DNA from: Candidatus Moraniibacteriota bacterium
GTDB lineage: Bacteria; Patescibacteriota; Minisyncoccia; Moranbacterales; UBA1568
Length of the DNA stretch: 64,000 nucleotides
Assembly: GCA_016699425.1 (NCBI GenBank)
Contig: CP064975.1
Location: forward strand, 789,698 to 853,697
Direction of reading: 5' to 3'
The translations under genes were made by a program, and so were the position numbers. Positions 52,471-61,463 of the stretch are shown here, piece by piece. The notes beneath the pieces were generated by a model, which saw only the letters and a list, made by a program, of their open reading frames with translations, searched no databases and was not told the DNA's origin. The first letter of the stretch is position 1. Each line of letters opens with the position of its first letter.

Positions 52471-52752
52471 TTATTTCTGACTAATTGTTCCTCGCTCACC
52501 TTTTCGCAGAGAAATATCGACATCCAGCAGTGTATCTCCGAGGTTTTTTTCGAGCAACGGTTTTAGATCATCGAGCGCTTTATTGTAAACGGAGTTGCCC
52601 ACGACTTGCAGGAAGAAATCCAGAATGTTTCCAGCAGCAACGACTCCTATCTTCTCATTTCGTTCTTCAGCGAAATAAGCAATTATCTCATCGATAACCA
52701 AGCGACGCCTTGCATCCGACAACACATCCCAATCGCGTTTTACCTCACCCAT
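52471..52752 (-). CDS. DUF2164 family protein
   Basis: family-level resemblance of N-terminal region. Confidence 0.55.
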   Translation of the reverse strand: MGEVKRDWDVLSDARRRLVIDEIIAYFAEERNEKIGVVAAGNILDFFLQVVGNSVYNKALDDLKPLLEKNLGDTLLDVDISLRKGERGTISQK

Positions 52753-52791
52753 ATACCCTTTTCAACAACAAATCTGATTAGCGCACTACTT

Positions 52792-53442
52792 CTACTTCGG
52801 CATCTTCAGGACATCGACGACGCGCCCATTGATGACGAAGTTGTCATCCGGCGTGAGAAAAATCGGCTGATGACGTTTGTCCGTCGACTCCGGCATGAGC
52901 GCGATAGTCCGACCGTCGACCGAGCGATAGGTTTTTACGGTGGCGAGCCCGTCGATCACGACCAGCACGCGGTCCCCGCTCTTGTAGTCCTTCACATCGG
53001 CGTCGACGAGGATGAAGTCACCGTTCTGAATTGTTTTCCCATTCACCTTAGCTCGATTCATGGACGTCCCCGATACCTGAACGGCAAAGACATTGTGATC
53101 CTTCACGAGTCGCTTCGAAACACGGAGATACCCCTCGACATACTGGTCCGCAAACATGGTCGCTGCACCAGCACTCGCCGCACCAAAGACCGGAATCTGG
53201 ACAAAGTTATCCGAGCTCACACCCTTCAGGAGGATACCCCGGTCCTCGCTCGTCCGCTCAATATAGCCCTTATTCTCGAGCGCATTCAGATAGAGGAAGA
53301 AACTTCTCAGACTTTTCAGATTGAGCCCGAGCTTGCCGCTCTCTTCTTTGATTTCACGCACGGTCGGCATTTCGCCGTGCTCGGTGAAGAACTGCTTGAT
53401 CGCCTGGAGCACAATCCGCTGCTTTTGGGTGAGGATTTCCAT
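52792..53442 (-). CDS. lexA: LexA repressor (wHTH + S24 peptidase)
   Basis: MEILTQKQRIVLQAIK wHTH; cleavage AG, Ser in VSGTSM, Lys in KVNGK; ATG 53442; TTGACA-N16-TATACT upstream (53471-53498, minus strand). Confidence 0.85.
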   Translation of the reverse strand: MEILTQKQRIVLQAIKQFFTEHGEMPTVREIKEESGKLGLNLKSLRSFFLYLNALENKGYIERTSEDRGILLKGVSSDNFVQIPVFGAASAGAATMFADQYVEGYLRVSKRLVKDHNVFAVQVSGTSMNRAKVNGKTIQNGDFILVDADVKDYKSGDRVLVVIDGLATVKTYRSVDGRTIALMPESTDKRHQPIFLTPDDNFVINGRVVDVLKMPK

Positions 53443-53509
53443 ATGTTTGTTTACTCTACTTACACTATAGAGTATACAACTGGTTCGGAGGGTGTCAACT
53501 GTCCAGAAT

Positions 53510-54373
53510 TTAGAACAACTCCCCCACCCAATCCGGACTAACGATCGTCTGGCCATCGGCGCGGAAGACAAGGTATGTCGCGGCCAGTGCCCTGGCAAGC
53601 GTCGGAAATTGCTCCGGCGGAGCGAAGAAGAGTCCCGAGGTCATGCAGTCGGCCGCCCATGCATCTGGTGCGACCGCCGCGCAGCCGACGACTGTCTCGA
53701 CGCTTTTCCGTGCGCCCATATCGACGAGGTGATGCCACTTCCCAAACCGCCGCCGGAAGCTGTCAGAAACAGCCAGTCCTCGGTTGCAAAGCTCGACGAT
53801 CCCTGCTGCGACATCGGGTTTCCCGGGATACTCGATCGCCACGCGCCATGGCTGGCCATCGGTCTTGGTCGTCGCAACCATATCGCCCCCTCCATCGACG
53901 ATGAAATGTCCGTACCCCGCGGTACGGATGAGATCGGCAATCCGATCGATACAGTACCCCTTGCCGATGCCACCGAGATCAAAGGCCACCGGACCATCAA
54001 GTGTGAGTACTTCACCGTCAATTGACCATATGGGCAATGCCTCGCCGTATTCGACTGGTCGCACACCTGACTGTGCACCATAGCCTGCACCCTCGAGCAC
54101 GCCACCGACAATCGGATCATAGACACCACCCGTCAGCTGGCGCAAAAGCGCGGCTCGTTCGAGGAGCCGGGCGAACTCTGATGAAACTGGGTAGCTGCCG
54201 GCGGCCACTTCACGATACGCATTCACTTCCGATCCCGGGAGAAAGCGCGAAAAGCGGGACTCGAAGTCCCGCGCATAGCCGATAATCGTTTCATCCAAAC
54301 GCTCTGGGAGAGACTCGGCATCGATCACGATCGACCAGGCCGTCCCCAGTCCCTGGAAATCGATTGTCTGCAT
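53510..54373 (-). CDS. apbE: FAD:protein FMN transferase (ApbE family), no signal peptide
   Basis: DLGGIGKGY and downstream ApbE blocks; N-terminus MQTIDFQGLGTAW lacks signal/lipobox. Confidence 0.8.
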   Translation of the reverse strand: MQTIDFQGLGTAWSIVIDAESLPERLDETIIGYARDFESRFSRFLPGSEVNAYREVAAGSYPVSSEFARLLERAALLRQLTGGVYDPIVGGVLEGAGYGAQSGVRPVEYGEALPIWSIDGEVLTLDGPVAFDLGGIGKGYCIDRIADLIRTAGYGHFIVDGGGDMVATTKTDGQPWRVAIEYPGKPDVAAGIVELCNRGLAVSDSFRRRFGKWHHLVDMGARKSVETVVGCAAVAPDAWAADCMTSGLFFAPPEQFPTLARALAATYLVFRADGQTIVSPDWVGELF

Positions 54374-54383
54374 TGCTTATCTG

Positions 54384-54818
54384 TTAGAGCTGGCTCTTCA
54401 GCTTGTCGATGACGCTATTGAACGCATCGGTTGTCATCGATGATTTGCCGATCCGGTCCACTGCTGTGAGTTCGGAAAGTTTCTTGCCCTTAATGACCGC
54501 TGCAAGTCCCTGGGCGAACTCGATCTGATGCTCATCGGCTTCATTCGTCTCGACCGCTACTTCACGGACATCGGTGATGACACCTTCTGCATCCAGGACA
54601 AGCGTAAACCGCACACTGTCATACCCGTCATTCGGCACGGGGTAGCCCACCTCGGCACTCACCTCTCGCGGCTTATCAACAGCGACCTTGGTCACCGCTA
54701 TCGGCGTTTCCTCGGTGCGCGCGGCTGGGAGAAGCTTCAACGTGTACCGACAGTACACAAACGCCGTGAGCACGAGCACGACTGCGATAGCGATGATCCC
54801 CTTGGGTATCTTTTGCAT
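54384..54818 (-). CDS. membrane-anchored FMN-binding-domain-like protein, paralog of 19897..20394
   Basis: C-terminus AVDRIGKSSMTTDAFNSVIDKLKSQL aligns to FMN_bind consensus; N-terminal TM. Confidence 0.55.
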   Translation of the reverse strand: MQKIPKGIIAIAVVLVLTAFVYCRYTLKLLPAARTEETPIAVTKVAVDKPREVSAEVGYPVPNDGYDSVRFTLVLDAEGVITDVREVAVETNEADEHQIEFAQGLAAVIKGKKLSELTAVDRIGKSSMTTDAFNSVIDKLKSQL

Positions 54819-54930
54819 AGGTTTATTTTTTTCTTACACCCGAGAAAAGAAAAATCTCTCGAGATCTCTGCCTTTATGGTACCACAACAGGCTCTTTCTC
54901 CGCCAAGACCCAGCGTACATCTGTCGAACG

Positions 54931-55839
54931 TTACTTCCAATATACCTGAGACGTCGTCACGATTTCCTTCCACGGCCCGTCCGGCACGGCGTCCGCGACA
55001 ACAAAGCGCCAATCGACGATATCGATATCCTTCAGTCCCAGACACTGACTCGCAGCCGGGGAAAGGTCGAGACCGGCGTGCTTATTGGTCTTGCTCTCGG
55101 GAGTGGCTGTGCCAAAGACATAGGCGCTGTCGTTTTCCTTGAAGGGTCCCACGTCTTGCCACTGAGCGTAGCAGGTTTTCTCACCCTTGGTCACTTCGAT
55201 CCACCGGTTCTTGAGCATGGATTCATCATCCTTCCACGTCCGGTCCTTGGCCCAGGGGATGATCGAAGCAGCGTCTTTCTTACGCTTTCCCTTGGAATCG
55301 AAGTCATTGTACGGCAAAGCAAAATAGAATGGATTCTCCTGTGGCGTAAACTTGGCCGGGAAGTTGCCATTCCGTTTGTCCGGATCGTCTACACCCCCAA
55401 AATGTTTGACCCATTTCTCATCCCACGCACTCGGGAGATTGGAGATATCCTTATTGTCGTCCCCCGCCTCCTCGCCCACCCAGAAAAGTGTCGTCGTCAC
55501 ATCCTGATGGAGAGGGTACGGCGGGTCCTCTGCAACTGTGTCGTCTCCAATTCCTTCAGGTTTCGGCAGAGCCGTCTCGGCCGGTGTGACCAATGAGGGT
55601 GCCATCTCGACAGGACTCATGGGGGTGTCTATGTTCTCTTCCGTCAGCGTCTCTTCCGGTGTCGCGCTTCCAACGTTCGCTCCAACAGAAAGCACCGCTT
55701 CTCCTCCTTGAGGGGCTGTCTCACTCTCCGTATCTTCCGAACTCGAAATCTTTTTCCCGACAGCGACAAACGCGAGGGACGTCCCAATGATGATGGAACT
55801 CAACAACATGAGTACTCCCACGCGATGTAAACTTCTCAT
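54931..55839 (-). CDS. secreted protein with RlpA-like double-psi beta-barrel domain (putative)
   Basis: signal/TM then ...WIEVTKGEKTCYAQWQDVGPF...AGLDLSPAASQCLGL resembles DPBB/RlpA. Confidence 0.45.
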   Translation of the reverse strand: MRSLHRVGVLMLLSSIIIGTSLAFVAVGKKISSSEDTESETAPQGGEAVLSVGANVGSATPEETLTEENIDTPMSPVEMAPSLVTPAETALPKPEGIGDDTVAEDPPYPLHQDVTTTLFWVGEEAGDDNKDISNLPSAWDEKWVKHFGGVDDPDKRNGNFPAKFTPQENPFYFALPYNDFDSKGKRKKDAASIIPWAKDRTWKDDESMLKNRWIEVTKGEKTCYAQWQDVGPFKENDSAYVFGTATPESKTNKHAGLDLSPAASQCLGLKDIDIVDWRFVVADAVPDGPWKEIVTTSQVYWK

Positions 55840-56063
55840 GCAGTATTTTTAGTGTTTAGGGGAGACTGTTCTCTCCAGAACCTCTCAACATTCAAACAAA
55901 CACGCGGCCCATGAAACGGGCGGAAGGAACTCTATTGTACCAGTATAATCGGCGTCCGACAAAGTCCGCATATCCTACGCTGAGAGAGATATCCACTCCC
56001 CGCCACCGAGATAGAAAGTGCAGATCTGAGCGACAAAAAATCCCCTTGGCGGGGATAATTGGC

Positions 56064-56347
56064 ATCAGAGCTCTTGAGAGGAGAGGAAGGCGTGGTACTG
56101 CATCGTCTTCCTCTCGAATAGGTCGGCTAGACAGGAGCAGGACTCCCATACTAACCTCCCTCCAGTGCTAGCTGTACGGTGTTCGACCTCGCCCACCCCA
56201 TCCGTTTAGAGGAGGAAGTGAGGAAACCAAACCTCTCCATACCATTTTCCGAACGAAGACCCATTCGGTGCTGTCCAACTCACGCCAAGCGACGTGAGGG
56301 CACTGGAAGAACTGACTTAGAGAGCATGCTCTCTCAAGAATGCTGAT
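56064..56347 (+). other. noncoding unit bracketed by about 20-bp inverted repeats (ATCAGAGCTCTTGAGAGG ... GCTCTCTCAAGAATGCTGAT)
   Basis: same bracket sequences as units at 62666-62862 and 62880-63136; lies in 680-bp ORF-free divergent region. Confidence 0.35.
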
Positions 56348-56517
56348 GATCGAGAAAATATTCTCGAACTCCAGGGTAACAGACCATCGCCGATCGGTCA
56401 ATCCCGCAGGATTCTGACACCACCTAAAAAGCTGATACAATATCCTTGACTGAGAATACTGCAAGCCTGCGGAATAACCGGGTGTGTGATTTCTTCACTT
56501 ACATAATCAGCATCGAT

Positions 56518-57465
56518 ATGAATAAACCACTTGTCGTAGCCGGTGTTGTTCTTACCCTCTTCTCGCTCACCGCGCTCGCTCTCGCCTGGTGGTCAGCCTA
56601 TCGGGTGACACAAATACAGAAAACAATGAACACGGCTGACAAAAATCCAACACTCGATTCACACACGCCGTCAGGCGATGACTCACCCACACCTGTTCTT
56701 GATCAATCGCAAGATGCTCTGGTAATGACCAAGCCAATAACAGATGAAAAATATACTCTCGTAACGCTCGGTGACCTCTCGGTCAATCGGCAAGCCTACA
56801 ATGGCCACCCGATTGAAATCATCGACTATATGGACACGGGACCCCTTCCCTCACCCAATGGGACGAAAAAGTATACTGAGTACATCAAAATCCTCTCGCC
56901 AGATTATGTCCGAGGGCTTGACCTGGTCTATCCTCCATTCACGACCGATGATCCGGCTCGCTATGCCCGTGTGGCGCCGCTCTACCGCGGCGAGCAACGA
57001 GTGAGCATCAAGGGGAAATTTGTCATCGACCTCATGAAGACACCGACGCGTCCGATAGAAAACGACGTCATCGTGGTTGATCACTTCGACATTCTCCCCT
57101 TCCCAGAGCCGGAAAAGGGAGTGATCACGAAAGAAATTTTCTCCCAGATGATCGAGGATGGCACAATCGCATCGCTGAATCGGAAACGCATCACCTATGA
57201 AGGCGAGTACGGCTCCGGTTTCGAAGTGTCGCTCCTCGATAAACTGATTTGGGCGAACTTCATTGAAACCGAAATGGGCAATGCCGTCGATGAACTCGAA
57301 CGATTCATGCGTACTCACTCCGAAATGAAGAAAGAAGATGGGCAAATGAAGTCCAAAGTCCGAGTCACCGGTGTGCTCTATGCCACCCCCGGACAGCGTT
57401 ATGGCCACCTCGGACGCACCCTATATCAGATGATGGTCGACACGGTTGTTTTCCTCGAACAGTAA
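56518..57465 (+). CDS. membrane-anchored hypothetical protein
   Basis: start at MNKPLVVAGVVLTLF (56518). Confidence 0.55.
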   Translation: MNKPLVVAGVVLTLFSLTALALAWWSAYRVTQIQKTMNTADKNPTLDSHTPSGDDSPTPVLDQSQDALVMTKPITDEKYTLVTLGDLSVNRQAYNGHPIEIIDYMDTGPLPSPNGTKKYTEYIKILSPDYVRGLDLVYPPFTTDDPARYARVAPLYRGEQRVSIKGKFVIDLMKTPTRPIENDVIVVDHFDILPFPEPEKGVITKEIFSQMIEDGTIASLNRKRITYEGEYGSGFEVSLLDKLIWANFIETEMGNAVDELERFMRTHSEMKKEDGQMKSKVRVTGVLYATPGQRYGHLGRTLYQMMVDTVVFLEQ

Positions 57466-57684
57466 CGTTCACACCAGACACCCGCCCATCTCCTTCGAAA
57501 TGACGCCCTTCCTGGTACCATACTGCGGCACAAGAATTGCCTCGTGACCCAAAAAGAAAAGCTCCCGATGTCGGTATTCTGACAACTGGGAGCTGAACAC
57601 CTGGTAAGTGACCACGAGGACCGCCCGAGAAGATCCGAATGTACCGACAAAAACGGAAACTCAGCCTGAATCAGGAGAGCTCTC

Positions 57685-58413
57685 TCATGTGGACGCATTC
57701 AGCATGCGCTGCGCCGCCATCCTGACCGCTGTCGGTAGCATCAGCCATTCATACGGCAGCACGATTTCCCGCAGCTTGAGCGCAGCCGCCCTGATGTCAT
57801 ATGTCCCATCGAGGACACCCTGCAACAGCGTAGACGGAATCTCCACTGCTCCCATCAGAAGTGGTGGACCATCGCCCGGTCTCTCCGTGACCTCATGGAC
57901 GGTCGGATAGGTGAAAAAACGGTCGCACCCGAGGCTTTTCTTGCCGCGCCGGATGTGATCGAGCTCCGCCTCGAGAACGTGCTCGTGCACCCGTAGGCCA
58001 TGCATCCCCTGACCCCCGTGAGCATCGATGTCTGCCGGGTGGATGTTGTACATTGGCAGCCCGCATATTGGATAGGCAATGGAGGAGTCAAATGGCACGA
58101 TCACATTGCAGCCAACAAGAAACACGAGGCGACATTGACGGGCCTGAGCTACCCTCGAAAGCTCATTGAGAAATCCGCGTTTTTCGTACGTATACTGAAA
58201 CGACGTACTCCCTACTTCGATGACTACGCTGGGATAGTCGAGATCATTCGCCTTTTCAATGCAACCCGCACCCGGTTTGGTACTCACGAGCACGATCTGC
58301 CCGACTTCCGGGATCTGACCGGCGTGATGAGCCTTCATGATGGAAAACATACCGGTACCATTGCCGGAGGCGATGACCATCAGGTTCACTTCGCCACTTG
58401 TACGCTTGGGCAT
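57685..58413 (-). CDS. formyltransferase family protein (PurN-like)
   Basis: VIASGNGTG N-terminal and NIHP...TVHEVTERPGDGP blocks. Confidence 0.55.
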   Translation of the reverse strand: MPKRTSGEVNLMVIASGNGTGMFSIMKAHHAGQIPEVGQIVLVSTKPGAGCIEKANDLDYPSVVIEVGSTSFQYTYEKRGFLNELSRVAQARQCRLVFLVGCNVIVPFDSSIAYPICGLPMYNIHPADIDAHGGQGMHGLRVHEHVLEAELDHIRRGKKSLGCDRFFTYPTVHEVTERPGDGPPLLMGAVEIPSTLLQGVLDGTYDIRAAALKLREIVLPYEWLMLPTAVRMAAQRMLNAST

Positions 58414-58577
58414 GGGAGCCCTCCTCTCTTGTAATCACAACACTCTATAAACCGGCCTCCCATGAGGAAGGCCACCAAAGAACTAGTCACCGAGTATCGC
58501 AAATTCGGACGTCCCAGTCAAATGGAAATCACCAAGGATCACATCCGATGCGGCTTTCTATTTTTTCCGAGCCGTAT

Positions 58578-58606
58578 TTGACGAGGGAACAAATGTTCCC
58601 TATAAT
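58578..58606 (+). promoter_or_regulatory. sigma70 promoter TTGACG-N17-TATAAT with embedded LexA (Cheo-type) box GGAACAAATGTTCC
   Basis: -35 58578-58583, -10 58601-58606, perfect inverted repeat GAAC-N4-GTTC at 58587-58598 between them. Confidence 0.55.
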
Positions 58607-58625
58607 CAGAGAAGGAAAACCACCT

Positions 58626-59198
58626 ATGGAAACAGCCACCGCCCTCGCCAAAATCCAAGCCTTCTATGAAAAGAGGTGGCGCATGCCGACCGTGCGCGAA
58701 GTCATGTCGCTCATCCGCACTCGATCGATGAAGCAGACAACCGCCCTCATCGAGGGACTCGTCGAGTCCGGTGCGATCGAACGCGACAAGAATGGCAAAC
58801 TCCTCCCGAGTCACCTCTTCGGCAGCATCCGTAAGCTCGGACTCGTCGAAGCTGGTTTCCCCTCGCCCGCCGAAGAGGAGCTCCTCGATACTCTGACGCT
58901 CGACGAGTGGCTCATCCGCCGGCGCGAAGCGACTTACATGCTCGAGATCAAGGGCGAATCGATGATCAATGCCGGTATCCGACCCGGCGACACCGCCCTC
59001 GTCGAACGCGGCCGCGAACCAAAACATGGTGACATCGTCATCGCAGAGGTCGACGGCAAGTGGACGATGAAGTACTACCACGTCGAGTCGCGAGGACGTA
59101 TCGCGCTCGTCCCAGCCAATCCGAAATTCCCGACCATCTACCCGCAAGAAGAACTCCACATTGAGGCAATCGTCACGGCCATCATCCGGAAATACTAA
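58626..59198 (+). CDS. second LexA-like repressor (wHTH + S24 peptidase)
   Basis: IKGESMINAGI (Ser) and KHGDIVIAEVDGKWTMKYY (Lys); start 58626 after AAGGA; 58593 alternative. Confidence 0.8.
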   Translation: METATALAKIQAFYEKRWRMPTVREVMSLIRTRSMKQTTALIEGLVESGAIERDKNGKLLPSHLFGSIRKLGLVEAGFPSPAEEELLDTLTLDEWLIRRREATYMLEIKGESMINAGIRPGDTALVERGREPKHGDIVIAEVDGKWTMKYYHVESRGRIALVPANPKFPTIYPQEELHIEAIVTAIIRKY

Positions 59199-59202
59199 CC
59201 CT

Positions 59203-60513
59203 ATGTCCGCCCCCATCGTTCTGGGGAGATTCCCCCGTGCCATCCTCCACATCGATGGTGATGCTTTTTTCGCGTCATGCGAGCAAGCAAGGAATCCCGA
59301 ACTCCGCGGAAAGCCGGTCATCTGCGGAGCCGAGCGCGGCATCGCCGCGTCGATGAGCTATGAAGCCAAAGCCAAGGGCGTCACCCGTGCCATGCGCCTC
59401 TTCGAAATAAAGAAACTCTGTCCGGACGCGGTCGTCCTCCCCTCCGACTACGAGACGTATTCGCTCCTCTCCAAACGCTTCTACGAAGTCGTCCGCCGCT
59501 ACACATCCGATGTCGAGGAATACGGCATCGACGAATGCTTTGCCGATATCACCGGTTTGCAGCGACCGCACAAGAAAAGCTATGCCGCGATTGCCGCAGC
59601 GATCCAGTCGGACCTCCAGCGCGAGCTCGGCTTCACCTTTTCCATCGGCCTCGCCTCGACCAAAGTCCTCGCCAAGATCGGCTCGAAGTGGGCGAAGCCC
59701 CATGGCCTGACCGCTATCCCGAACAAATATATCCACCGCTACCTCGAGACGCACCCCGCGGGAAATGTCTGGGGCATCGGTCCGCAGACGACCGCGCTCC
59801 TCCAGAAATTCGGTATTCATACCGCGCTCGACTTCGCCCACCGCGACGAAGCCTGGGTGAAACACTACTGCTCGAAACCGTTCCAAGAGATCTGGCACGA
59901 GCTCCGGGGAAAGAGCGTCATGCCGCTCGCGACCGCGCCACGGACCGACCACTCCTCGGTGCAAAAGATGAAGACCTTCACCCCGCCGTCAAACGACCCG
60001 CGCTTCGTCTTTGCCCAGCTCGCGAAAAACATCGAGAGCGCCTGCATGCGCGCGCGGCAGTACCGGCTCGAGGCCAAGCGGGTGTACATCCTGCTCCGGA
60101 CGCAATCGTTCGAGCATCACTCGACCGAGCTCACGCTCTCGCGGCCGACCAATTTCGCCCACGAACTCCTCGACATCGCCCGTCCGGCCTTCGCCGAACT
60201 CTTCCGCCCCGGCACCTTCTACCGCGCGACCATGGTCACGCTCGCCGAGCTCACCGTCCCCGAATCGCAGCCTGATCTCTTCGGTGGATCACTCCGAGTG
60301 GACAACTATCGCCGGCTCTACGAGGGCATCGACCAGGTCCGCGCCAAGTACGGCAAGCACACCATCCATTTCGGCTCGTCATTCATGGCGCACGACGGCG
60401 CACAGCACACGGGCGACCGCGCCGACACCCCCGAGCGCCAGCGCCATCTCCTCAAGGGCGAGACCAAACGCCGCCGCCTCGGCATCCCCATGTTCACCGC
60501 CGAACTCTCCTAA
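59203..60513 (+). CDS. dinB: Y-family DNA polymerase (DinB/UmuC-like)
   Basis: ILHIDGDAFFASCE and GIDECFADITG catalytic motifs; starts 4 nt after LexA-like stop. Confidence 0.85.
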   Translation: MSAPIVLGRFPRAILHIDGDAFFASCEQARNPELRGKPVICGAERGIAASMSYEAKAKGVTRAMRLFEIKKLCPDAVVLPSDYETYSLLSKRFYEVVRRYTSDVEEYGIDECFADITGLQRPHKKSYAAIAAAIQSDLQRELGFTFSIGLASTKVLAKIGSKWAKPHGLTAIPNKYIHRYLETHPAGNVWGIGPQTTALLQKFGIHTALDFAHRDEAWVKHYCSKPFQEIWHELRGKSVMPLATAPRTDHSSVQKMKTFTPPSNDPRFVFAQLAKNIESACMRARQYRLEAKRVYILLRTQSFEHHSTELTLSRPTNFAHELLDIARPAFAELFRPGTFYRATMVTLAELTVPESQPDLFGGSLRVDNYRRLYEGIDQVRAKYGKHTIHFGSSFMAHDGAQHTGDRADTPERQRHLLKGETKRRRLGIPMFTAELS

Positions 60514-60515
60514 CC

Positions 60516-60561
60516 AAAAAAAACCGCCCCGGTTCCCTCCAAGGCGGCTTTCAATTTTTCC
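60516..60561. repeat. 46-nt terminator-like direct repeat A (AAAAAAAACCGCCCCGGTTCCCTCCAAGGCGGCTTTCAATTTTTCC)
   Basis: 39/46 identical to 63187-63232; hairpin CCGCC..GGCGG flanked by A- and T-tracts. Confidence 0.5.
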
Positions 60562-60567
60562 TTTTCA

Positions 60568-61440
60568 TTAGCTTTTCTGAATCAAGCTAACTAGTGCTTT
60601 TACGGAGGACAGCTCTGGCTCCTCAATTTTTTTTGCGTCAATAATCCGCGGAGGTTTAGTATCGTCACTAAAAGTAACATAATAGTAATTGCCCCTATCT
60701 ATAATTCCATGACCAATTTCTTGAGAAGTTGCTGCTTTATATTTCCCTTCAATTGTTTTTTCTTTAATTACCTCAAAACGAACTTCATAATCTGAATCTC
60801 TCCTTTTCCCAAGCGGTGCATGGGAACCAATCCTGATAAGATGCCGCTGACCAACCTCCGTGAAAGGAATGAACTGCGATCCCCTCCCAAGGAGAAAGTT
60901 CCCCTGCTTGTAAGGATTAAGATTAAAGTTCACTAATTTTGAAACGCTTTTGGCCGCCTTTTTTGCCGACCTATCGACAATCCTTGTCTCCTCAGTGCTT
61001 TTTCCCTCCACCCAATGAAGATTAAATCCAAATCGAATTTTCTTTTTTTCTCTTAAGTAATCCTTCCATAATCCCTGATGCTTAACATCATAACCATCCC
61101 GAGTCTTCCATTTATCTTTGCCGAATGGTTTAGCCCACCTATATACGCTACTATTTGCGCTATCAACTACATACCTAGAATCACTAAGAACAGTAATCGA
61201 AGTAATTCCAAGTTGAGAGATTTCCTTGGTATTCCTATTTATCCACTTCAGCGCATTAACCAATGCCTGTAATTCCATCGCCCCACTTGTTCCGCCAGAA
61301 TAAGGAAACTTAATCTCCCTATTTGGTAGATTAAGAAACTTGGGATACACGACAAGCATCGCACATCCAACCATTTCACCTGGATTGGTGATTGCTGATC
61401 CGTCTATATAAATCACCAGTTCATCTTCGCTATCCAACAT
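60568..61440 (-). CDS. RNase H (type 1) domain protein with 140-aa uncharacterised C-terminal domain
   Basis: DEDD residues in IYIDGS / MELQAL / LSDSRY / IVDRSA; start at ATG 61440; AT-rich. Confidence 0.7.
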   Translation of the reverse strand: MLDSEDELVIYIDGSAITNPGEMVGCAMLVVYPKFLNLPNREIKFPYSGGTSGAMELQALVNALKWINRNTKEISQLGITSITVLSDSRYVVDSANSSVYRWAKPFGKDKWKTRDGYDVKHQGLWKDYLREKKKIRFGFNLHWVEGKSTEETRIVDRSAKKAAKSVSKLVNFNLNPYKQGNFLLGRGSQFIPFTEVGQRHLIRIGSHAPLGKRRDSDYEVRFEVIKEKTIEGKYKAATSQEIGHGIIDRGNYYYVTFSDDTKPPRIIDAKKIEEPELSSVKALVSLIQKS

Positions 61441-61463
61441 GTCGAGCCAATATAGTTTGGGAT

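Noticed and set aside
53443-53509. SOS box upstream of the canonical lexA
   Set aside because: A TTGACA-N16-TATACT promoter is visible, but no GAAC-N4-GTTC or CTGT-N8-ACAG palindrome could be found. The operator is left undefined.
52606-53541. 311-aa plus-strand ORF
   Set aside because: Antisense to lexA and the intergenic region. lexA has clear wHTH and S24 motifs.
54688-55596. 302-aa plus-strand ORF
   Set aside because: Antisense to the FMN-bind-like and RlpA-like genes. Low-complexity Arg-rich translation.
59275-60571. Alternative-frame ORFs (229 aa minus, 246 aa and 186 aa plus) inside the Y-family polymerase gene
   Set aside because: Pro/Arg/Ser-rich translations of a GC-rich gene whose main frame carries the catalytic motifs.
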